This document shows positions 1 through 9,230 of a stretch of DNA of 64,000 bases, piece after piece (positions within the stretch are counted from its first letter, which is position 1; the number at the start of each line of letters is the position of its first letter). The notes beneath the pieces were generated by a model. That model saw only the letters and a program-made list of their open reading frames with translations, did not search any database and was not told the origin of the DNA. This DNA comes from Nitrospinales bacterium. GTDB taxonomy: Bacteria > Nitrospinota > Nitrospinia > Nitrospinales > VA-1. The position numbers were made by a program, and so were the translations under genes. The stretch spans positions 2,308,030 through 2,372,029 of the forward strand of contig CBDCXL010000002.1 in the NCBI GenBank assembly GCA_965223795.1, given 5' to 3'.

Positions 1-69
1 TCTACCGGACTTCCAGGGGCTCGACGCGCCTGGTGCGCGACATCGAAAAAGAGGACGCGCTTTTGTGAG

Positions 70-609
70 TTGAACTTTTTGAGTGTTTGTCGGATTCCAT
101 TTTCTTTTTTCAAGGACGGAGTTTTGGAAAACAAAAAGCGATTTGTGGACAACGGCGACGGCACGGTCACCGATCATGAAACCCAGCTCATGTGGAAGCA
201 GACGGATTCGTACCAGGATACGAGCAAATGGCTCAACTGGTTCGATTCGTTGAGTTACATCCGCGATTTGAACAACAGCAAATTCGCAGGATTCGACAAC
301 TGGCGTCTGCCCACGCTCGATGAAGCGGAGGGGTTGTACGACGAAGAATTCCCGCTGCGCGATATGGACCGGCTGGAAATTCATCTGGACGCCAGTTTTT
401 CGCCCGGAGGCGGGTTTTCCACCTGGACGAGCAAAGAGAGCGCGCACAGCACGGCGGCGGTGTTTTACTACCGTTACGGCCACGCCAATCTCGCCAACAA
501 GGAAGGCATCACCAAGGATTCCGTGCGGGCGGTGCGCTATGTCAGTGGAGAAGCGGGGAAACCCGTCCGCCATGTCGACCGTCTTTCCTCCGGAAGACAG
601 ACGAGTTAG
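70..609 (+). CDS. DUF1566 (Lcl C-terminal domain)-like protein
   Basis: Track [21 protein letters not shown] ... [13 protein letters not shown] resembles the DUF1566 signature. The frame is open back to position 1, so the start is uncertain; TTG at 124 behind AAGGA is an alternative. Confidence 0.6.
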   Translation: MNFLSVCRIPFSFFKDGVLENKKRFVDNGDGTVTDHETQLMWKQTDSYQDTSKWLNWFDSLSYIRDLNNSKFAGFDNWRLPTLDEAEGLYDEEFPLRDMDRLEIHLDASFSPGGGFSTWTSKESAHSTAAVFYYRYGHANLANKEGITKDSVRAVRYVSGEAGKPVRHVDRLSSGRQTS

Positions 610-689
610 CAATACCAAAAAGGCATAGAAGGAGAGTCGTCATCGAATCGTATTGGGTCATCAATGAAGAAGAGAGCAGGGCGTCGGTC

Positions 690-1478
690 ATGACGTATCG
701 CTTCGAGGAAGAGGATTTCAAGAACACCTATATCCTCGAAGACTACTACTGCACCAATCCATTTTGCGACTGCAATCACGTGACCGTTTCGTTCTGCGAC
801 AAGGAAAATCTGGACAACCGGTTTCTGTTCCTGCTCAATTTCAATAAAACCCAGAGTCCGCTGCCCAACGCGCCGAAAATGAACAAAGTGCAGACGGAAA
901 TCGTCAAAGGGTTCGTCAAGAACCTTTCCGACGAGCTGCTGGTATTGTTCAAGCAGCGGTACCTGGAGGCCAAGGCCTACGGCGAGAAAAATCCGATGTC
1001 GTATCTGATGCTGGAGCCCGGCCGTTACGTGAATTTTTTCGAAATGTTCCCGCGCAATCAGGAGATGCTGGATTTCAATTACCAGGAGGAAAAGTATTTC
1101 GCCGAGGATTCCTACGACATCGACCCGAGAAACGACAACCGGGATGTGCGCCTGTCTTTTTACAAGCTGGAACTCGACAGCAAACAGCAGCAGTCGGCTT
1201 TTGACTACACCTATTATTTCAATGAGAGTCAGCGGGAAAAAGAGGACAACCGGCTGGAACCGGAACACAACGACATGGTGATGGCGATGAACCAGGCCAT
1301 CCCCGATTTGAACGACCGGCTGAAAGCCCGTTTTAGGAAGGCCAAGGAAGTGGGCGAGCAGCTGCTCAAGGATCCGCCGAAACCGAACATTCTGGAAGAA
1401 AAAGTGGGCCCGAATGATCTGTGTCCCTGCGGATCGGGGAAAAAGTTTAAAAAGTGCTGCGCGCAGAGGCTGAACTGA
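690..1478 (+). CDS. SEC-C motif (metal-binding) domain protein
   Basis: The C-terminus [13 protein letters not shown] is the classic SEC-C zinc-binding motif. The N-terminus has a Cys cluster, [12 protein letters not shown]. Confidence 0.7.
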   Translation: MTYRFEEEDFKNTYILEDYYCTNPFCDCNHVTVSFCDKENLDNRFLFLLNFNKTQSPLPNAPKMNKVQTEIVKGFVKNLSDELLVLFKQRYLEAKAYGEKNPMSYLMLEPGRYVNFFEMFPRNQEMLDFNYQEEKYFAEDSYDIDPRNDNRDVRLSFYKLELDSKQQQSAFDYTYYFNESQREKEDNRLEPEHNDMVMAMNQAIPDLNDRLKARFRKAKEVGEQLLKDPPKPNILEEKVGPNDLCPCGSGKKFKKCCAQRLN

Positions 1479-1613
1479 TCCTCCGGCTTGATTCACTGCG
1501 CGTGGCCTGACCGGGGATCGCGATTCCCGGAACGTTCTTTAATTTTGCGTCGCGGAACACGAGTCGGTATGGAAGCCGCGATGATATTTCTTCTTCGATA
1601 AAGCGATGGTGCC

Positions 1614-2165
1614 ATGACTTCAGAAAATAAACCCAAAGAAAAGCGTGTCAAAAAAGTTCAGGCCCGCCACATTCTCGTCAACAGCAAGGAGAAGGCGGAA
1701 GAACTGAAAAAGCGCATCGACGAGGGGGAGGATTTTTCCTCGCTGGCCGAGGAGCACAGCGAATGTCCTTCCAAGAAGCGCGGCGGCGATCTGGGCTGGT
1801 TCGGTAAAGGGGCCATGGTGCGGCCGTTTGAAGTGGCGGCGTTCACGGCGGAGGAAGGCGACGTGGTGGGGCCGGTGAAAACGGAATTCGGCTGGCACCT
1901 GATCTACGTGTACGAAATCCAGACCGACATCAATCCCGATGCCGGGCCGCCCACGGGCGACGAAGACGCCGACGAGGACACCCTGACGCTCGTTGCGGAA
2001 AACTACGCGCATGAGTTCATGATGCTGGGATACACGAGCAAAAAGGTGCTGAGCCTGTTCACCAGCCAGCATTTCAAATCGGCCAATACGGTTTACAACC
2101 TTCTCGGGCCGGAAAAGATCAACGAGATCATTGCCAACGTGTTCGGCAAGAAAAAAGAAGGCTGA
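1614..2165 (+). CDS. Parvulin-type peptidyl-prolyl cis-trans isomerase with C-terminal extension
   Basis: ARHILV...CPSKKRGGDLGWFGKGAMVRPFEVAAF...GPVKTEFGWHLIYV is a PpiC/rotamase domain. About 80 extra C-terminal residues are of unknown function. Confidence 0.8.
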   Translation: MTSENKPKEKRVKKVQARHILVNSKEKAEELKKRIDEGEDFSSLAEEHSECPSKKRGGDLGWFGKGAMVRPFEVAAFTAEEGDVVGPVKTEFGWHLIYVYEIQTDINPDAGPPTGDEDADEDTLTLVAENYAHEFMMLGYTSKKVLSLFTSQHFKSANTVYNLLGPEKINEIIANVFGKKKEG

Positions 2166-2174
2166 CCGGAAAAG

Positions 2175-2232
2175 AAAAAAGCGGGCAGCGCTGAGGAATG
2201 TTTTTTCCTCCGGCGGTGCCCGCTTTTTTTAT
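2175..2232. terminator. Bidirectional rho-independent terminator between the PPIase gene and serA
   Basis: The long imperfect hairpin GCGGGCAGCGCTGAGGAA-tgtttt-TTCCTCCGGCGGTGCCCGC has an A-run on its left and a T-run on its right. It sits between convergent genes. Confidence 0.6.
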
Positions 2233-2239
2233 TTTGAAA

Positions 2240-3844
2240 TCACTCTGCGGAAAGTCCCGGCGAGTTTTTCAGCGTCACGCTGTGAACGGAAAGGATGTTC
2301 GGCGTTTCCCGCAGCTCTCTTAAGGTTTCGCTGGTGGGCGGCGTGTCGATGTTGATCACCGCCACCGCCTTGCCGCTTTGTTTCAGCCTTCCCAGGTGAA
2401 ATCCCGCCACGTTGATGTTGTTTTTCCCCAGGATGTTTCCCAGGTTGCCGATCACGCCCGGCACGTCCACGTTGTTGAGCACCAGCATGTGCTGAGTGAG
2501 CACCGCCTCGAAATCGTATTCGTCGAACTTCACGATCCGGGGATTGCCTTTGCCGAAAATGCTGCCGGTGATCGTGTGGCCGCCGTTTTTCGTGGTGACC
2601 TGAACCATCAGTGTGTTGGTGTATTCCAGCACTTCGTTGCTTTTGGATTCCTGCACTTCGATCCCCCGTTCCTTGGCGATGAAGGGGGCGTTGACCATGT
2701 TCACCCCGTCGATGCTGGGGCTCAACAGGCCTTTCAACGTGGAAATGGTGATCGGTTCCACGTTCAGGCCGGCGATGTCTCCGTTGTACTGGATGTGGAC
2801 TTTCTTGACCGGCTGGTTGATGAGCTGCGAAGCGAGCAGGCCGAGATCCTCACCGAGGACGAGGTAGGGCTTGATTTTGGCCAGCGTCTCCGCGTCGATC
2901 GAGGGCATGTTGATGGCGTTGCGCACGTTGCCGTATTTCAGGTAGTCGATGATCTGATCGCAGATCGCGACCGCCACTTTTTCCTGCGCCTCTCCGGTCG
3001 ATGCACCCAGGTGCGGCGTGCAGATGATCTCTTTCATCCCCAGAAGGGGGCTGTCCGGATTGAGCGGTTCCTTGGCGTACACGTCCAGGGCGGCCTGCGC
3101 CACCTTTCCGGACTGGATCGCGTCGACCAATGCCTGCTCGTCGATCAGCGTCCCGCGGGCGCAGTTGACGATGCGGATTCCGTCTTTCATCAGGCCGAAT
3201 TCCTCTTTCCCGAGCAACGGCTCGCCCGAGCCTCCCGGCGTGTGCAGGGATATGTAGTCGGAGCGTTTCAGCAGTTCCTTGAACTCGACAATTTCCGCGC
3301 CGATTTTTTCCGCGCGTTCCTTCTGGATGTAGGGATCGTGCACCAGGACCTTCATGTGAAATCCCTTGGCGCGCTCGGCGACGATGGAACCGATGCGGCC
3401 GAGTCCCACGATCCCCAGCACTTTTTCGTACAGCTCGCTGCCCATGAACTTTTTTGGGGACCATTCCTTGTTGCGCACCGAGACGTCGGCCTGCGGGATG
3501 TTGCGGGCCATGGCGAGCATCAGCGCCATGGCGTGCTCGCCGGTGGTGATGACGTTGCCTTCCGGGGCGTTCATCACGATGACGCCTTTTTTGCCGGCGG
3601 CGTCCAGGTCGATGTTGTCCACGCCGATGCCCGCGCGGCCCACCACCTTGAGGTTGTCGGCGGCTTCCATGACATCCGCGGTGACCTTGGTGGCGCTGCG
3701 GACCAGGATGCCGTGGTAGGGCGGGATGGTTTTGATCAGCTCCTCTTTGGACATGCCGGTTTTGACATCCACTTCAATACCGCTCTCCTTTTTGAGGATT
3801 TCGATCCCCGCTGGTGAGAGGTTGTCGGCAACAAGTACTTTCAT
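2240..3844 (-). CDS. serA: D-3-phosphoglycerate dehydrogenase (long form, with C-terminal regulatory domains)
   Basis: 534 aa. MKVLVADNLSPAGIEILK...VVGRAGIGVDNIDLDAAGKKGVIVMNAPEGN is the 2-hydroxyacid dehydrogenase fold. The ~200-aa C-terminal extension is typical of type-I SerA. Confidence 0.95.
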   Translation of the reverse strand: MKVLVADNLSPAGIEILKKESGIEVDVKTGMSKEELIKTIPPYHGILVRSATKVTADVMEAADNLKVVGRAGIGVDNIDLDAAGKKGVIVMNAPEGNVITTGEHAMALMLAMARNIPQADVSVRNKEWSPKKFMGSELYEKVLGIVGLGRIGSIVAERAKGFHMKVLVHDPYIQKERAEKIGAEIVEFKELLKRSDYISLHTPGGSGEPLLGKEEFGLMKDGIRIVNCARGTLIDEQALVDAIQSGKVAQAALDVYAKEPLNPDSPLLGMKEIICTPHLGASTGEAQEKVAVAICDQIIDYLKYGNVRNAINMPSIDAETLAKIKPYLVLGEDLGLLASQLINQPVKKVHIQYNGDIAGLNVEPITISTLKGLLSPSIDGVNMVNAPFIAKERGIEVQESKSNEVLEYTNTLMVQVTTKNGGHTITGSIFGKGNPRIVKFDEYDFEAVLTQHMLVLNNVDVPGVIGNLGNILGKNNINVAGFHLGRLKQSGKAVAVINIDTPPTSETLRELRETPNILSVHSVTLKNSPGLSAE

Positions 3845-3984
3845 CTGGGTCTCCCGTTATTCAAAGGTCCCCGTTTGTATCGGGGTTGAGTTCACTGGTT
3901 CAATGATTGGGGTGCAGACCGCGTTTGTGTCTGCAATCGATCGCGTCCGCCACACTCCGGCACCGTTCACTGCCCGGTATCCGG

Positions 3985-5133
3985 TCAGTTGTACGCTTCC
4001 ATCAGAATTTCCTGGGCCGCGCCGACGCCTTTGCCGAATTCGATTTTTGCACCGAATTTTTTCAACGCCATTTCCAGAGCGGAAATCGCGAGGATCACGT
4101 CGAAAGTGTCGACGTATCCCAGGTGCGCGATGCGAACGACTTTGCCTTTCCACTGGTCCTGTCCGCCGGCCAGCGTGACGCCGAATTCGTCGCGGATCGT
4201 TTTCACCAGCTTGCCTCCGTCGACGCCGTCGGGAACGAAGACGCCGGTGGCGCTGTCGGCGGGAGAATCGGGAGCGATCATAGTGAGGCCCATCGCCTTC
4301 ACCGCCGCGCGGGTGGCCCGGGCCAGCCGGTTGTGGCGCTCGAACACGTTTTCCAGCCCTTCCTGCTTGATATTGGCGAGCACCCGGCGCAGGCCGACGA
4401 CCAGGGACACCGCCGGTGTGTAGGCGGAGGTTTTGTCGGCCAGGTTTTTCTTTTCCTTTTTGAAGTCGAAGTAGAACCGCGGGCAGGTGGATTTATCCGC
4501 AAACTTCCAGCCCTTTTCGCTCAGGGCCACCAGCGCCAGGCCCGGCGGCAGCTCCAGCGATTTCTGCGAGCCGGTGACCATCGCGTCGATGCCCCAGGCG
4601 TCCATGGGCAGGTTGAACACGCCGAGCCCGGTGATGGCGTCCACCACCAGGAGCAGATCGTCCCGGCCGCGCGTCAGTTTGGAGAGCGCTTCGATCGGGT
4701 GCGCGGCAGTGGTGGAGGTTTCGGAGGCCTGCACCAGAATGCCGCGGATGTCTTTCTCTTTGTTCAGGATGGCTTCGATCTCTTCCGGTTTCGCCGCCTG
4801 TCCCCATTCCACTTTGTGCCAGATCACCTGCAACCCATAGGTTTCGGAGATCTTGCCCCAGCGTTCGCCGAACTTGCCGCCGTTGATCACCAGGACCTTG
4901 TCTCCCGGTGAAAACAGGTTGGTCACGCAGCCTTCCATGCCGCCGGTGCCGGTGGAAGCGAGGATCAGCACATCCTGTTCGGTCTGAAACAGGTATTTGG
5001 CGTCGGCCGCGGCTTCGGCAAAAATTGCGCTGAACTGCGGAGTGCGGTGATGGACCATCGGCTGGGCCATTTCCAGAGAAACGTGTTCCGGAACCGGTGT
5101 CGGTCCGGGGGCGAGCAGATATCGTTTTTTCAT
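3985..5133 (-). CDS. Class-V aminotransferase (serine-glyoxylate / phosphoserine aminotransferase-like)
   Basis: I chose ATG at 5133 (MKKRYLLAPGPTPVPEHV...). The upstream part of the 472-aa track ORF is Pro/Arg-rich and looks noncoding. GSQKSL is the PLP-lysine context. The gene lies directly upstream of serA on the same strand. Confidence 0.85.
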   Translation of the reverse strand: MKKRYLLAPGPTPVPEHVSLEMAQPMVHHRTPQFSAIFAEAAADAKYLFQTEQDVLILASTGTGGMEGCVTNLFSPGDKVLVINGGKFGERWGKISETYGLQVIWHKVEWGQAAKPEEIEAILNKEKDIRGILVQASETSTTAAHPIEALSKLTRGRDDLLLVVDAITGLGVFNLPMDAWGIDAMVTGSQKSLELPPGLALVALSEKGWKFADKSTCPRFYFDFKKEKKNLADKTSAYTPAVSLVVGLRRVLANIKQEGLENVFERHNRLARATRAAVKAMGLTMIAPDSPADSATGVFVPDGVDGGKLVKTIRDEFGVTLAGGQDQWKGKVVRIAHLGYVDTFDVILAISALEMALKKFGAKIEFGKGVGAAQEILMEAYN

Positions 5134-5624
5134 CCTGTCATCCTGTGCGTTGGTTGTTGGGAATTTCCTCGATCCCGGTTGGTGCGGGAGCGCCGATCGT
5201 GCCGGGTCTCTGCGTCCCGAAGGGTCCGAAATGCCCAGTGAGAACGAGGAACCGGAAATGAAACCCCGACCCACCGTTACAGGAGGGCTCAGCGGGCGCG
5301 CTGTTTTTATCGCTCCCAGGCCTGGCGGATGCGATCGCGGACCCACTCCCTGTTCGGTGAATCGGTGACGAGAAGCTATTCTTATAATGGAATTTAAGTG
5401 CAAAATCCAATATTTTTAGGCCCTCTGAGCCTATAAGGATGCGGAATCGCTGGCAATGGATTCGAGATCCCGAAAAAGAAGGGATTGTCAGGAAACAGGG
5501 TGTGGTGGTGTGATGCTGCGGGATGAAATTACGGTTTCTGTGACTTGGGAGGTGGCGGTGCGTTGCTAAAGGGGAAACGCTGTGGCGGTTGCTGCAAATG
5601 CTTCAGGAAATGGGGCGGGGGGTT

Positions 5625-6713
5625 TTACTTCTGTTTTTCGTCTTCGGGGGTCTCGGTGTCGTCGCCGCTGTCTTCCAGCTCCAGATCGTCGATGGCGAGA
5701 TCGGGTTCGCCCAGATCGTCCATCTCGGCGGTCAGTTCGTTGTCGAGCAGGTCCTCTTCGGATTCCCCGTCGAAGCTCAGGTCTTCCAGCTCCAGTGAGG
5801 GGTCCAGTTCGAGATCGCCTTCATCCAGCTCGAGGTCCGGCTGCAGGTCCATGTCGGCGCCGGTTTCTTCCGGCTCGTCGATGGTGAGATCCGTGTCCAG
5901 TTCGATTTCGTCGACGGCGATGGCACTGTCTTCCACTTCGACGGCGGTGTCATCCAGATCGCCGGTGTCCACGGCGACTTCTTCGTCCTCATCGAGGGAA
6001 ATCTCGTCCATGGCGATTTCGCCGCTGTCCAGATCGTCCATCAATTCGATCCCGGTATCCGGTTCCTCCGTCTTGACGGCGATTTCTCCGGTTTCATCGA
6101 CCTCTTCGACGGCTTCAGAATGCGGCTCTATTTCGGTTTCGGTGATTTCGGCGGTTTCCGGCTCGGATTCGGCGATTTCCGCGGCGGCTTCGGTGTCCAC
6201 CAGCTCCGCCTCATCGGCGATTTCGGTCACGGCCTCGGCGGGGGCGTCCTCCATCGGAACGAATCCCAGGCCTTCCACTTCGATTTCATTCAAGGAATAT
6301 TCATCGGAATCGGCTGCAGGAGCGAAGGAACCCATTCCATACGGTGTTTCCATCATGGAAGCGGATTCGAAGGCAACCGCGTCGGAAAGGTCCAGCTCAA
6401 ACACGCCTTCGTCCTCATCCATGAATTCAGCAGCGAACCCTTCGGATGCGGGCGAGGAGTCGAACAGACTCGGGTCCATACCGCCCAGGGATTCCTGACC
6501 GGCCATGTTTTGCTCGGAAGCCGCCTCAGCGGTCGCAACAGCCGCTTCCGCCCCGGCTGCGGCGAATATGGTGAACATATTCTCGGCATCGAGGTCGTGG
6601 GCGCCATTGGATGCGTGCTTCTTGAAGTTGAAGCCGCAATTGCCGCATTTGGGGACCGTTTTGAATACGATGTAACCACATTTCGAACATTGCATAGTTC
6701 CAACATAAGACAT
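5625..6713 (-). CDS. Zinc-ribbon protein with long polyacidic low-complexity tail
   Basis: The N-terminus CSKCGYIVFKTVPKCGNCG carries two CxxC pairs. The remaining ~330 aa are dominated by D/E, L and A (LELDEGDLELDPSLELEDLSFDGESEEDLL...). ATG at 6695 is an alternative start. Confidence 0.6.
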   Translation of the reverse strand: MSYVGTMQCSKCGYIVFKTVPKCGNCGFNFKKHASNGAHDLDAENMFTIFAAAGAEAAVATAEAASEQNMAGQESLGGMDPSLFDSSPASEGFAAEFMDEDEGVFELDLSDAVAFESASMMETPYGMGSFAPAADSDEYSLNEIEVEGLGFVPMEDAPAEAVTEIADEAELVDTEAAAEIAESEPETAEITETEIEPHSEAVEEVDETGEIAVKTEEPDTGIELMDDLDSGEIAMDEISLDEDEEVAVDTGDLDDTAVEVEDSAIAVDEIELDTDLTIDEPEETGADMDLQPDLELDEGDLELDPSLELEDLSFDGESEEDLLDNELTAEMDDLGEPDLAIDDLELEDSGDDTETPEDEKQK

Positions 6714-7091
6714 AAATCAAATAAGGTCAAGAAAATTAGATAATTAGGGGTGAATTTATGTGTAATTAATTGGCCGGAGCGCAAACCCGTGGGCTGAGAA
6801 TCGTTGTCAAACCACAGGTTATTCCGCGGGCGGACCGGTGCGCATTTTATGTCTCCGGTTCTGTTTTTCTCTGCCTGAAGCTGTCTGGAAACGAGAAAGA
6901 AAAGGGAACGAAGGAGCCGGAAATGCTTGTTGGGCGCGGATGTGAGGATGCCCTGGTTTTCGGTTCCATAAATGGCAGGATAATGTTTGACGGGCTTTTT
7001 TAATTTGGATAGAATCTGTTGGTTCCAGTAAAGGTTCAGGGTTTTTAGCTACCCGTAAACAGGCTTTGGCGGCCGTTCTTGACGCACTTTT

Positions 7092-7754
7092 TTGGCATGT
7101 CCCGGCGGGGATTGGATGCGAGTCGGAAACCTCATTCAATGGATGCAAATGAAACTCGGGGGGCTGGTGTTTCCCCTGATGGAGCCGGTTTACCGAGGCA
7201 TGGAAAACCGCGATCCGACGGTCAAAAAGCATTTCAGCCAGGCGGTGCAAAGCCTGCAGCAAAAACGCACTCCTATCGCGCTGCTCAACCTCAACATGGT
7301 GTTGAGCATCAAACCCGACCATTTCCTCGCCCGGGTGTACCGGGGCCGGATCTACATCCGCGACGGCCGTTACCGCCTCGCCTCGGAAGATTTTCTGCAG
7401 GCCAACAAGATCAGCCATTTCCGCTTCACGCATTATGATCTGAGCCATGAGTATTTCAGTTCAGTCAAGAAGGAGTTCGGTGAACTGGGAGCCTCGATCT
7501 CGAAAAACTTCGACCAGATTTTCGAAGCGCTCAAATCGTCGAACCCGGAACGGGGAGGCGATCCTGACGGCATCGATCAGATCATGGACGCGCTGCCGCC
7601 TTTGGAAGAGGAGGGAAAATCGAACGCCGAGCTTTTGGAGTGCGAGACGATGGACCCATCCGAATCTCTTAAATTCAAGAATTTAGGCCCTATTACCCAG
7701 AATGAGATTGAAGAAACCGACTGGGACAAACTGATCAAGGAATTGACCTCTTAA
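7092..7754 (+). CDS. Hypothetical protein, TPR-like N-terminal half and acidic C-terminal half
   Basis: Track ORF. ALLNLNMVLSIKPDHFLARVYRGRIYIRDGRYRLASEDFLQA resembles a TPR helix pair. The start is uncertain (ATG at 7116, 7143 or 7179 are possible). Confidence 0.5.
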   Translation: MACPGGDWMRVGNLIQWMQMKLGGLVFPLMEPVYRGMENRDPTVKKHFSQAVQSLQQKRTPIALLNLNMVLSIKPDHFLARVYRGRIYIRDGRYRLASEDFLQANKISHFRFTHYDLSHEYFSSVKKEFGELGASISKNFDQIFEALKSSNPERGGDPDGIDQIMDALPPLEEEGKSNAELLECETMDPSESLKFKNLGPITQNEIEETDWDKLIKELTS

Positions 7755-8013
7755 GCCTTCCCGCCGCCGTTTTCGCCCCCCTTTCTGCATCCGGACACCC
7801 CCTTACATCCTTTTTTTAGAGATTCCCAATACCCACTGGACTCTGAAAAACCTGCATTGTGATTGATTTTAAAGGGGTTTTTCGGTAGACTGGTATTTGT
7901 CATTACTTGTAAATATATTCATCCGTCCATGCCCATGCCCCATTCGGCAGCATGGAAAAGGGACCCCCGGTCCGCTGCCTCATGGGGCCGGACCTGGAAG
8001 GACGCCGAATCGT

Positions 8014-8370
8014 ATGCCGCGATTGAAGACAGAGCTATTGCAAGCCGGAATGGTCATCACCGAAGATGTTTTCGCGGAAGACGGCCGCAAACTGCTGCCA
8101 CGAGGGACTCTGTTGAACGAGGGGCATGTCAAGAGCCTCAAGTCCTGGGGCATCGAAGAAGTCTCAGTGGGCAAGGAAGAGAGCACGGAAGCGCTGAACG
8201 CCATTTCCAGTGAAATCGATCCTGAGCAGTGGAAGGTGATCCGGAAGCAGGTGGAGGCTCTGTTTTCCCGTTCCAATACGGAGTCCTCGATCGTCCAGGA
8301 GATGATGCGTCTTTGCGGCGTGAACAAGTACAACAGCGATAAGAAAGTGAAATCCGACAATGGTTCATAG
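8014..8370 (+). CDS. Small hypothetical protein upstream of, and overlapping, the HDOD gene
   Basis: I chose ATG at 8014 (MPRLKTELLQAGMVITEDVFAEDGRKLLPRGTLLNEGHVKSLKSWGIEEV). This motif resembles the N-terminal modules of HD-GYP/HDOD-type signalling proteins. The gene overlaps the next ORF by 11 nt. Confidence 0.5.
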   Translation: MPRLKTELLQAGMVITEDVFAEDGRKLLPRGTLLNEGHVKSLKSWGIEEVSVGKEESTEALNAISSEIDPEQWKVIRKQVEALFSRSNTESSIVQEMMRLCGVNKYNSDKKVKSDNGS

Positions 8371-9209
8371 CCCGGAGGCAATGCTGTCGGGATCGATCCG
8401 GCTGTCGTCGCTGCCTCAAATTTACACGAAGATCAACAACGCCATCAACGATCCGGAATGTTCGTTCGGCGATGTCGCGGAAATCATCAGCAACGACACG
8501 TCCTTGTCCGGGCGGCTGCTGAAGATCGTGAACAGCTCCTTTTACAATTTTCCTTCCAAAATCGGAACCATCGCGCATGCGGTGTCCATCGTGGGCACGC
8601 AGCAGCTCCGCGATCTCGCTCTGGCGACCTCGGTCATCAGCGCCTTTAAGGGAATACCTGAAGAACATGTCTCCATGGAGTCGTTCTGGAAGCACAGTGT
8701 GAGCAGTGCCGTGGCCGCCTGGGTGGTGGCCATCCATTGCCGCGAAACCAGCGCGGAACGCTATTACCTTGCAGGGATCCTGCACGACATCGGCCGGCTG
8801 GTGATTTATCGAAAACCATCCCGAAATTGCGCAGGAACTCATGCAGCGGTACCGCTCCGGCAAGCAGAACCTGTACGAGGTGGAACGGCAGATGCTGGGC
8901 TTCGATCACGGCGAAGTGGGAGCCGCGCTGCTGGCGGAATGGAAACTGCCGGAATACCTGCAGGAAATCGTCGCCAACCACCATCAACCGCTGGAATCGA
9001 AGCGGTTCCCGTTTGAGACCGCGGTGCTGAGCCTGGCGGATTTCATCACCAAATCGATGGAGCTGGGACACAGCGGGGACCGGTATGTGCCGCCCCTGGA
9101 TGCCCGGATCTGGAAAAAAGTCGGTCTGCAGGAAAGTTCTCTTACTTCCATCTGGGACCAGGTGCAGAAAAAATACGCGAGCACGATCGAAATATTCATT
9201 TCCAGTTAA
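8360..9209 (+). pseudogene. HDOD domain signalling protein, interrupted by a 1-nt frame break near 8805-8816
   Basis: Frame 8360 reads LPQIYTKINNAINDPECSFGDVAEIISNDTSLSGRLLKIVNSSFYNF...GILHDIGRLVIYRK and then degenerates. The frame of ORF 8841..9209 opens at 8805 with ENHPEIAQELMQRYRSGKQNLYEVERQMLGFDHGEVGAALLAEWKLP, which continues the HDOD domain. The break is at cgaaaacc. Confidence 0.75.
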
Positions 9210-9230
9210 ACCGTAATCGAACAGCCGGCC

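Noticed and set aside
5545-6498. A 317-aa Ser-rich ORF on the plus strand, which might be a serine-repeat surface protein.
   Set aside because: It is the exact antisense of the polyacidic ORF: GAx/GAG codons read as Ser/Leu codons on the other strand. It has no start context and no signal peptide. The minus-strand frame has a zinc-ribbon N-terminus, so I prefer that one.
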